The notes beneath the pieces were generated by a model. The model ran no database searches. It was not told the origin of the DNA and worked only from the letters and a program-made list of their open reading frames with translations. Below are positions 1 to 7,022 of a stretch of 10,596 nt of DNA, piece by piece. A program made the position numbers and the translations under genes. This DNA is from an uncultured Myxococcales bacterium (GTDB lineage Bacteria > Myxococcota > UBA4151). Position 1 is the stretch's first letter; the number at the start of each line of letters is the position of its first letter. Location: the NCBI GenBank assembly GCA_964013405.1, contig CAXGWI010000124.1, positions 1 to 10,596 of the forward strand. The letters run 5' to 3'.

Positions 1-207
1 TAAATGCTTTTGTACGACGTCTGCGACACTCTGCCGACTGCGACGCTGAAACAACTCGATGCCATTGTCGTCCCGACCCAGGCGCAAGTCGACATTGGCC
101 GATTGCGTATCCACGTATTCGAGAGTGATCGGCGGCGGACGCCACGCGCGCTTCGCGGCCTGTGGTGGCAGCAAACTCGTCGGATAGCCTTTGATCGGAC
201 CGGCCAC
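1..207 (-). CDS. Hypothetical protein, 5' part only (continues beyond the left edge of the window)
   Basis: My translation shows a stop-free minus-strand frame from ATG 231 or GTG 207 to base 1: (MERPTGGD)MAGPIKGYPTSLLPPQAAKRAWRPPPITLEYVDTQSANVDLRLGRDDNGIELFQRRSRQSVADVVQKHL. AGGAGGT lies at 211-217, just upstream of the GTG. It is co-directional with every other gene. It is missing from the ORF track because it is truncated. The start could be 231 instead. Confidence 0.6.
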   Translation of the reverse strand, partial: MAGPIKGYPTSLLPPQAAKRAWRPPPITLEYVDTQSANVDLRLGRDDNGIELFQRRSRQSVADVVQKHL

Positions 208-210
208 ATC

Positions 211-217
211 ACCTCCT
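211..217 (-). promoter_or_regulatory. Shine-Dalgarno AGGAGGT for the partial edge gene
   Basis: The plus strand reads acctcct at 211-217. Spacing to GTG 207 is short (3 nt). Confidence 0.5.
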
Positions 218-265
218 GTAGGCCTCTCCATTGTCGTCGACGGCAGGCCTTCGCGCAAGGATTCG

Positions 266-349
266 TCAGGAACGCCGACGCCGGAACCCAAAGAGGAGGA
301 GGATCCAAGTCCAGCCGATGGTGCCAACGCTGCGACAGGAACAGCCCCC
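266..349 (-). other. MYXO-CTERM C-terminal sorting signal (GGCSCRSVGTIGWTWILLLFGFRRRRS)
   Basis: GGCxC motif, then a hydrophobic segment, then an Arg cluster at the extreme C-terminus. This matches the MYXO-CTERM architecture. Confidence 0.85.
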
Positions 350-1873
350 AGCCGAGGTCGGCTCCCCCGGCGCCATACCGGCATCCGCTGGTGGGGGGTT
401 CACCCGCAAGGTGAGGTTCTGTTGGGACATCACTCGAGGTTCCGGCCAGAGCATGCCGGTGGAAAAGGATGGCCCTAATGCTTGCCCAACGGGTTCGCTG
501 CGCAGCCGAAACAGCAGGAGGTGGTCACCCACACCCAACTGAGGATCCCAAACCAACAAAGGGTCGGTATCAAGCCGTGAGAAGTGCTCGTCTAGGAGGC
601 GCTCCCCATCGTAAAAGACCTCGACCTGGGCCACCCGCCAGCCCTCGACTTGTTCAAACTCTAATCGCAAAGGGCTGCCCTCTGTGAGCCTCAACTCGGC
701 AGCCATCCGCAGGGGAACGGGTCGGGCATAGGGGGCTGCGAGTGGGTCGCCATAGACCACGTTGACCCAGCCGAGGAAAGGCAGGGAGAAGAAGACACTC
801 TCGGCGAAGCTGTAGCCCTGCAGATACAAGGCCATCATGAGACTCGAGGGAAAGCTATTGTTGTAGGGCTCTGCGGCCGTGGCGTGGACGCCGGTGATAC
901 CGGATGCGATGAAACGGGCCACACTGGTCTGGGCTTCCCGCAGACAGACCGTCTCCACACAGCGCTCGCCAGCCTCTTCATCACAATCGATGCTGTCGTC
1001 GCAGCGCTGGCCCGTCCCGAAATTCCCGGGCACGCCCATGAGCGAGGTGATGTTGTCGGCGATGGCGCCTGGCGGATAGGTGTTGCCAGCGATCGCATCG
1101 CGCAGCGCTGCACTGCCCGTAAAATAGCCGGCCAAACGATGACCTGAAAGTTGGGGGTCATGGTCGAGGCGCTGGGTGCTTGCCCAAGCGAGCTCTTCGA
1201 TCAGATCAAGCATTTCGAAACACTCTTGGTCCCGGACGCCTCGAGCGGGATCTCGGCCGGCCATGCACAGCCAGTCCCCGTCGACCCCCGCACCGTCACT
1301 CTCGATGGAGCGGTGGATCAGCCCCTCAGCCTGAGCGTAGGTGAAGCCATCCAGTCGACTGGTCAGACGGAAGTCCAGACCGTGGGCTTCGCCGTCCCCC
1401 GGACGAAAGCCTTGGGGAAGCTGGCCCCGCCGAAAGGGAGGCAGACCATCGTAGGGGGAGCGCCTATAAAACGGGTTGGCGAGCCAGCCTCGGCGCTGCT
1501 GAGGTTGCTCCCGCAGTCGACCGCTGGCCCCCGTAGAATCCCCCACCGCGAGGAGCGCCTCTAGACTGTAGCCTCCCACACGCACTGGCAGGCCTTTCGT
1601 CGTGACAATCGCGCCAATCGTTCGTCCGGCAAGGCACTCAGCCACCCGCGGCCAGAACGCCTCGTTATAGGCGTCCAGCGAGAGCACCTCTGGGTAGGGC
1701 CCGGGAAGTAGACAGACGTGCTCGGCTGCTAAGCCCCGCAGCTCTTTGTAGCGCTGGGCGAGCATGGCGGATTCCTGCGGCTCCTCCGCCGCAAGCACCA
1801 TCACCTCCCCCGGCACCAGGCCGGCCATGGCTGGCGTGGCGCAGATGAGGACCAGGAGCGACCAAGGTTTCAT
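266..1873 (-). CDS. TIGR03790-family secreted protein with C-terminal Ig-like domain and MYXO-CTERM sorting signal
   Basis: Signal peptide MKPWSLLVLICATPAMA. Family-type motifs: ESAMLAQRYKELRGL, IVTTKGLPVRV, NPFY, SRLDG, PGAIADNITS, GITG..EPY..SFP, GYSFAES, W...YGDPL. A beta-rich Ig-like segment (VAQVEVFYDGERL...GDHLLLFRLR) follows, then a Pro/Ala linker and the GGCSC-hydrophobic-RRRR tail. Confidence 0.85.
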   Translation of the reverse strand: MKPWSLLVLICATPAMAGLVPGEVMVLAAEEPQESAMLAQRYKELRGLAAEHVCLLPGPYPEVLSLDAYNEAFWPRVAECLAGRTIGAIVTTKGLPVRVGGYSLEALLAVGDSTGASGRLREQPQQRRGWLANPFYRRSPYDGLPPFRRGQLPQGFRPGDGEAHGLDFRLTSRLDGFTYAQAEGLIHRSIESDGAGVDGDWLCMAGRDPARGVRDQECFEMLDLIEELAWASTQRLDHDPQLSGHRLAGYFTGSAALRDAIAGNTYPPGAIADNITSLMGVPGNFGTGQRCDDSIDCDEEAGERCVETVCLREAQTSVARFIASGITGVHATAAEPYNNSFPSSLMMALYLQGYSFAESVFFSLPFLGWVNVVYGDPLAAPYARPVPLRMAAELRLTEGSPLRLEFEQVEGWRVAQVEVFYDGERLLDEHFSRLDTDPLLVWDPQLGVGDHLLLFRLRSEPVGQALGPSFSTGMLWPEPRVMSQQNLTLRVNPPPADAGMAPGEPTSAGGCSCRSVGTIGWTWILLLFGFRRRRS

Positions 1874-1888
1874 GGGCTCATGGGCTCA
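1871..1888. repeat. 8-bp tandem duplication (catgggct x2 + ca) at the hydrolase/TIGR03790 gene junction
   Basis: Plus strand 1871-1888 reads catgggct catgggct ca. The minus strand reads TGAGCCCA TGAGCCCA TG, which contains the upstream stop and the downstream start. Confidence 0.7.
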
Positions 1889-3886
1889 AGGGCATGGGGC
1901 GTCCCAGGATTTGGGGCCTGGGATGACAGCACCGCCGGTGGCACCAATACTGGCGATAAAACAGGTGTACTGATAGCGAGCAGCCTCTTTGTTGAAGGCC
2001 ACATAATGACCCAGGTCAAAGGGTGCTTCCCAATGGGTTACGGCCGCAGTCCGGCCATTCAGGTTATCCCGCACGGGAAAGCTCAGTGCCGCGAGGCCCC
2101 GGAGGGCTTGGGAGGCCGGTAGAATGGGCTCCACCGCATCGCCGGCCAGAGGCAACATACCCGCGACGGCAAAGCCGGTCTCAGCCCGGGGGTGAAAGTA
2201 GCCGTCTCGGACCCCAGAAGGCATCAACACGTGCTTGGGAGGGATGCCATCGTGGGGCTCGGCCACGACGTGTCGCAGGTGGGCGACCGGATCGACATAA
2301 TCCCAGAGATTCTGGAACGCGTTCAGCAACGGGCGGCTGTGGGTGAACTCCCTGCCAGGACTGGAGAGCAGCTCGAGCATCGGCCGGACATCGAATGGCT
2401 CGGTCGCCTTCGTCCCGATCTCGGTGAGGAGCCCCCCAGCCCCGGCGAAGACGAGGCCTTTGACCTGCGTGTCGACCGTGGCCCAGACCGCCCCGAGGGT
2501 GCTGCCCATCGACTGCCCCATGGCCGTGAGTCGGTTGCGATCCATCCGAATGAGCCCGTCGGCGGCCTCCCCTGCATCCAAACCATCGGCAAGTTCGGCG
2601 GGAACGGTGAGGGCTCCAGCGACCCGGCCCAAAAACACCAACTCCATCACGGCGACCTTAAAGTTGTGCAGCGTGGTTTGGGGATTACCGGTGATATTGT
2701 AGAGCACGAGACCGCTGGTATCGGGCGGACTGTGCCGATTGCCATGGAGGCTAAAATCGAAACCGAGGGTTGCGACCCCCCGCTGGGCGAGCCAGTACGC
2801 CGGCCCCAAACCAGGGGCCGAAGGCTCTGGATCTTCAACCTCTGCTTTGGGCCCTCGCTCGATGCCTTGATACCACTCGCCACCACTTCCGTGCATGTAG
2901 AGCATGATGGGGAAGCCCGCGGCCGGCGCTGGCTGCTTGGGAACGGTGAGCGCCAACCGAACGTTCTGATACTCCACGATGGTGGGTGTGGCCCCGTCAG
3001 CCTCCCATTGGATGAGGCCCTCGCCCACGTTGCTGTAAGGGCGCACACCATTTTGCACCACGGGGAGCGGCACGGAATTCGTGAGGACCTGAAAGCCATC
3101 ATAGTCCTCTGCCACCTGCCAGGGGCCCACCAATTCAGGCAGTGGCTGACTTCGGGCCCACGCGGCGAGTTTCCGAATGTCCGAACTGTTGTCCATCGTG
3201 GTAAAGACCGCGAGCCCAGCGATCCGCTCCGGATCTTGCCCCCGTTCCTCCAACAAGGCGGCCACGCCATCCAAATGATCTGCAAGGGCCGGGTCCGCGT
3301 CCTTGGGCGCGAAGAGACCATCCCACAACGACCGACTTGGGCCCAGGGCTTCCCCCTGCGAATCTCGCACCCCATCGGTCACGACGAGCGCATAGCGGGT
3401 CGCCGGACGCCGGGTATGACCGGGCACTGGAATGGCAGCGATGAGATTCGCGGGCCCATAATTATCCCCGTCGCCGTCAAACTCCACCTCGATGGCAAGG
3501 CGCTCACCAAAATCCGGTGATGCCGGCGAGATATCCATCAGATAAACGGTCGCGTCGGGGCTTAAAGAACTGGCGGCATCAACCGGCAGGCTCGTGGGGT
3601 CGATAGGACCCGTCAGCGGTAAAAAGATCCCACTATTCAAGCCCCAGCCGTGCCGCAATTCTGCGTCGGCCGCAGCCAACCAAAGTGCCACCAGTTCGCT
3701 GGGTTGGGCCACAGGCCAGTCGAGCAGGCCGTAACCCCCATCCGGTCCACGGCGCAGATCACTGGGCAGCGGCATGCCCCAGAAGTCACCCCGATCGGCC
3801 CCATGCAAGGCCTGTACAGCGCGAGATTCGAACGAAGGGCCACAGCCGATGGCCATGGTGAAGATAAGGACGACTGCCAATCGCAT
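1886..3886 (-). CDS. Lipoprotein alpha/beta-hydrolase (extracellular lipase/esterase-like), about 666 aa
   Basis: The best start is ATG 3886, preceded by GGGAGAG (3892-3898); an alternative ATG at 3904 directly follows the glpD stop. The track's start at 4027 overlaps glpD. Lipobox MRLAVVLIFTMAIG-C. N-terminal beta domain (PLPSDL..., YALVVTDGVRD), oxyanion-type YMHGSGG, nucleophile GQSMG (Ser codon 2510-2512), candidate acid in GVRDGY and candidate His in LGHYVAF. Confidence 0.8.
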   Translation of the reverse strand: MRLAVVLIFTMAIGCGPSFESRAVQALHGADRGDFWGMPLPSDLRRGPDGGYGLLDWPVAQPSELVALWLAAADAELRHGWGLNSGIFLPLTGPIDPTSLPVDAASSLSPDATVYLMDISPASPDFGERLAIEVEFDGDGDNYGPANLIAAIPVPGHTRRPATRYALVVTDGVRDSQGEALGPSRSLWDGLFAPKDADPALADHLDGVAALLEERGQDPERIAGLAVFTTMDNSSDIRKLAAWARSQPLPELVGPWQVAEDYDGFQVLTNSVPLPVVQNGVRPYSNVGEGLIQWEADGATPTIVEYQNVRLALTVPKQPAPAAGFPIMLYMHGSGGEWYQGIERGPKAEVEDPEPSAPGLGPAYWLAQRGVATLGFDFSLHGNRHSPPDTSGLVLYNITGNPQTTLHNFKVAVMELVFLGRVAGALTVPAELADGLDAGEAADGLIRMDRNRLTAMGQSMGSTLGAVWATVDTQVKGLVFAGAGGLLTEIGTKATEPFDVRPMLELLSSPGREFTHSRPLLNAFQNLWDYVDPVAHLRHVVAEPHDGIPPKHVLMPSGVRDGYFHPRAETGFAVAGMLPLAGDAVEPILPASQALRGLAALSFPVRDNLNGRTAAVTHWEAPFDLGHYVAFNKEAARYQYTCFIASIGATGGAVIPGPKSWDAPCP

Positions 3887-3905
3887 CGGGGCTCTCCCAA
3901 GCATG

Positions 3906-5492
3906 CTATAGCCGTTTTTGAACACGCTTTGCATTGAGTGGGTCGTGGTGGGCGAGGGCCCCAACCCATCGTTCGAGTTCAGCCTCGCTCCGGGCCGGGT
4001 CCCAACCCAGCACGCCGCCAACCGCAACAGCGAGGGGACGGGCCTTGTCGGTCCAGGGCAGGTCCTCCGTCGTCAGCATACAGCGTCGATGGTAGAAATC
4101 ATCGAGATTATCCGCCGCTTCATGAACAAAGGCGTAGGCGACCTCAGCGCGAATCAGTGGCAATCCAGGCAACAGGGGTTGTTTGAGGGAGGGGTCCCGC
4201 TCGATCAGATCAGCCAGGACATGGGTATAAGGGCCATAGACCGCTTCGAGCCGGGTCTGGACCGGCTCAGGAAGGGGCGGCAGCGGTCGCCCATCCACCG
4301 ACTCCAGATCGTCGGCGCTGCGGCAATGCAGCTTCCGCCCGAGTAAAGCACACGCGGCGTCCACCACCTCCTCGGCCAACGATCGATGGGTCGTCAACTT
4401 ACCGCCAAGTACAGAGATCATGCCCGGACAGCCACCAGGGTCTTTCGGCCGTAAAACCCGATGGGCTCGGCTGACGCTGCCCGCCTTCTTCCCCCGCCCG
4501 CCCAGACCACGAGCCAGGGGACGGACACCGCAACGGGTAAGAATGATCTCGTTACGCTGGTAGTCGGCACCGGGGAGGAGTTGGTTGGCTTCATTGAGCA
4601 AATAGCTCACTTCGTCTTCAGTGGCTGAAAAGACATCGGGGTCTGTGTGGAAGATGTCGGTCGTGCCTACCCAGATGGAGTCACCCCACGGCAAGGTAAA
4701 GAAGGCCCGACCATCGGAGCGTGCGTAGGTGTAGAGACCACTGCGGGGCATCCCCTTCCGCCGGGGAAGCATGATGTGCGAGCCCCGGGTGGTCACCAGT
4801 TGGGGTTTGTAGTCATGAAAACTGCGTTGGCCCAAGGCATCGACCCAATGGCCGGTGGCGTTCACCACAACCTGGCCATAAACGCAGCGCCCATCATCGA
4901 GCTCAGCGCCGACGACTCGGCCATCATGCCGTAAAAGGGTTTCGACCCGGTGGCCCTTCTCCAATCGAGCGCCTCCGGCCGCGGCCTCATTCCACAACTC
5001 CATCACGAGGCGCTCTGGGTAGCGTACTTGGCAGTCAAAGTAGCGCAGGGCAGCCTTCACCCCATCGCTGCGTAAATGGGGAAAATGCTTCCGCAGCCAA
5101 CGGGTCGAGACGCTACTGGCATCGGCGCCAAAGGGCCAGCGCAGGGCGATGGCCTGGTACATCCATAGGCCACAAAGCAGCGTGCTCGCCCAGTGGGGGT
5201 CCCCATTTTGGACAGCCAAAAACAACTCGATGGGCTGCACGCGCCAGGGTCGTTGATGACTCAGGATCTTTCGCTCTCGAAGCGATTCTCGGACGAGGCC
5301 AAATTCGAAATGCTCTAGGTAGCGCAGGCCGCCATGGATGAGGCGAGTCGACCCCGCACTGGTTCCCCAACAGAGGTCCTTGGCTTCGATGAGTTGAACC
5401 TTGAGGCCGCGCTGCACTGCATCCCGGGCAATGGCGACCCCATTGATGCCGCCCCCGAGGATGAGCAGTTCTGTTTCACCGCCAGGCTTCAT
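3906..5492 (-). CDS. glpD: FAD-dependent glycerol-3-phosphate dehydrogenase/oxidase
   Basis: Motifs GGGING..IARDA..RGL, GTSAGSTRLIHGGLRYLE, VVNATGHW, RGSHI, GTTD, GVRPL, SRAH, GGKLTTHRSLAEEVVD, plus a C-terminal helical domain with EA..LDDF..RR. I placed the start at ATG 5492 (MKPGGETELLILGGG); the track's GTG 5537 is possible. Confidence 0.92.
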   Translation of the reverse strand: MKPGGETELLILGGGINGVAIARDAVQRGLKVQLIEAKDLCWGTSAGSTRLIHGGLRYLEHFEFGLVRESLRERKILSHQRPWRVQPIELFLAVQNGDPHWASTLLCGLWMYQAIALRWPFGADASSVSTRWLRKHFPHLRSDGVKAALRYFDCQVRYPERLVMELWNEAAAGGARLEKGHRVETLLRHDGRVVGAELDDGRCVYGQVVVNATGHWVDALGQRSFHDYKPQLVTTRGSHIMLPRRKGMPRSGLYTYARSDGRAFFTLPWGDSIWVGTTDIFHTDPDVFSATEDEVSYLLNEANQLLPGADYQRNEIILTRCGVRPLARGLGGRGKKAGSVSRAHRVLRPKDPGGCPGMISVLGGKLTTHRSLAEEVVDAACALLGRKLHCRSADDLESVDGRPLPPLPEPVQTRLEAVYGPYTHVLADLIERDPSLKQPLLPGLPLIRAEVAYAFVHEAADNLDDFYHRRCMLTTEDLPWTDKARPLAVAVGGVLGWDPARSEAELERWVGALAHHDPLNAKRVQKRL

Positions 5493-5558
5493 GACATGCT
5501 CTTGGTGTCTGCGGCTGAGCGGGTCAAGTCTTCGCACCGCCAGGCCCGGCCGAGGGCT

Positions 5559-7016
5559 TCAAGGACTCGCCTCGCAGGCTCGGATCTGCTGAAAGCGCCG
5601 CCAATCAGCGCCCCCTACGGCGGCGAGACGCCGCGCTCGGGCTCGGGTCGACCGGGCCTGCTCCAGGCGGTCGAGTGGTGCAAGTTCGGCCTGCGCAGCA
5701 TAGCGCCGGTCCAAGACGTCCGCTTGTTGCCGAAGGGCTTCACCATAGGCCCGAGTCAACTCAAGAGAGACGATCCCATCGAGGGCTGCCTCCGCCGCGG
5801 CGAAGGCCCGGGCAAAGCCAGGATGCCAGGGATCATCCAACTCCGGCCAGCGGGCTAGAATCGGGCTGGCGAGCTCCCGCCAGGTCTGGTCCAGATCTAT
5901 TTGGACAGCCTCAAGCTCCTTTCCTAAGGCCTCGATGACCCCCTCCAGGCGCTGCCGAGACACGCGCTGGGCCCCCTTCGCTTCAAGGGCCGCGATCAGG
6001 CCTTCCTCTTCGGGAAGCTCGACATCAACTTCAGGCCCTTCGGCCGGCGCAACCACCTCCAGCCAACGCTCACTCGTGGTCGTGGGAAGGTCTGCAGCGG
6101 GACTGTGGAGACGGACCGCCGTATGGGCTTCGAGGAGACTGACCCGACCATCCTGATTAAAATCCGCGGCGGCTCTAGCATCGGACAAGGCAGCGAGGAG
6201 GTACTTCCCATAGCCTTGTTGCACACTCCGGTCGGGGTTCGGATCACAGCCCGAAGCGACCCGATCATGACGGGTCGCAAAGAGACCACAGCGGATCTGC
6301 TCCGAAGGGCCTGCCTTGCTGTTCGCACCGCGAAAAATGAGCTCGGCAAAGCCACCGCTGTAGCAACTGGTCACCACGGCCCGCAGCGTCCGAGGCCGGT
6401 TCAAGTCGTCGAGGTAAGCGGCCAAGGCCTCCACCTTGATACCGTCGGATAGCCAAAGACCAAAACTCGCCTCTTTGCGACTGGCCCCCATCTCACCATG
6501 CCCCGTTAAAAGGAGGGTAAAGGGGGGGCCTTCGCCCTCTAAGCTCCGTCGTAATGCGCCGAGTAGGTTGGGTCGAGTCGCCCCGTGCACGCGGGCGAAG
6601 CCCACAGGCTCATAGGTCGTATCTCGGCCGGCTTTCGGCATGAGTAAGTCCCCTAAAAGGGCCCGAGTCCCCCGATGGGGTCGAGCCCGAGACAAGACTT
6701 GGACCGTCCGGGTCCCCGAGCCCGAAGAAGCCAGGATTTGCCCTCGCTGTTCACCGTGGATCTCGGCCCAACGCTGGAGATTCTGCTGGATGCTGACCTG
6801 ATTTAACTCGGGCAGGGCCCCACCACCGACCGCTAACCACCGCAGCCCCCGATCGCCCAATGGCTCCGTCACAGCGGGCCCCTTAGCGAGAGGCTGCGAG
6901 CGAATCGGAGTCCCCGAGAGCGTGGTCTCCATCACCAGTGATGAGAGCATGAAGCCCGCGCCAAGCCCCACCGCCAGCGCCATCACCACCAGCAGGCTGA
7001 TGCGCCCCCAACCCAT
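5559..7016 (-). CDS. Membrane-anchored/secreted caspase-like (clan CD, C14/C13-like) cysteine peptidase with EF-hand-like loop and C-terminal helical region
   Basis: N-terminal hydrophobic helix (ISLLVVMALAVGLGAGFMLSSLVM). FTLLLTGHG (His173, codon 6498-6500) and AVVTSCYSGGF (Cys218, codon 6363-6365) form the clan CD dyad after hydrophobic beta strands. DFNQDGRVSLLE loop at 285-296, followed by an amphipathic helical C-terminus. Confidence 0.8.
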   Translation of the reverse strand: MGWGRISLLVVMALAVGLGAGFMLSSLVMETTLSGTPIRSQPLAKGPAVTEPLGDRGLRWLAVGGGALPELNQVSIQQNLQRWAEIHGEQRGQILASSGSGTRTVQVLSRARPHRGTRALLGDLLMPKAGRDTTYEPVGFARVHGATRPNLLGALRRSLEGEGPPFTLLLTGHGEMGASRKEASFGLWLSDGIKVEALAAYLDDLNRPRTLRAVVTSCYSGGFAELIFRGANSKAGPSEQIRCGLFATRHDRVASGCDPNPDRSVQQGYGKYLLAALSDARAAADFNQDGRVSLLEAHTAVRLHSPAADLPTTTSERWLEVVAPAEGPEVDVELPEEEGLIAALEAKGAQRVSRQRLEGVIEALGKELEAVQIDLDQTWRELASPILARWPELDDPWHPGFARAFAAAEAALDGIVSLELTRAYGEALRQQADVLDRRYAAQAELAPLDRLEQARSTRARARRLAAVGGADWRRFQQIRACEASP

Positions 7017-7022
7017 CCCGGT

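Noticed and set aside
4..414. 136-aa plus-strand ORF and other short plus-strand or alternate-frame ORFs throughout the window
   Set aside because: They have Arg/Pro/Ser-rich shadow composition, overlap supported minus-strand genes, and show no RBS or motifs.
2192..3520. 442-aa plus-strand ORF
   Set aside because: It is an in-register antisense shadow of the alpha/beta-hydrolase gene, with no family motifs.
3905..4027. N-terminal 41 residues of the 713-aa ORF as given in the track
   Set aside because: They overlap the 3' end of glpD. The lipoprotein signal and SD point to a start at 3886 (or 3904).
6522..6528. G7 homopolymer in the peptidase gene as a phase-variation tract
   Set aside because: It is short, encodes Gly-Pro-Pro in an intact frame, and is unremarkable in GC-rich DNA.
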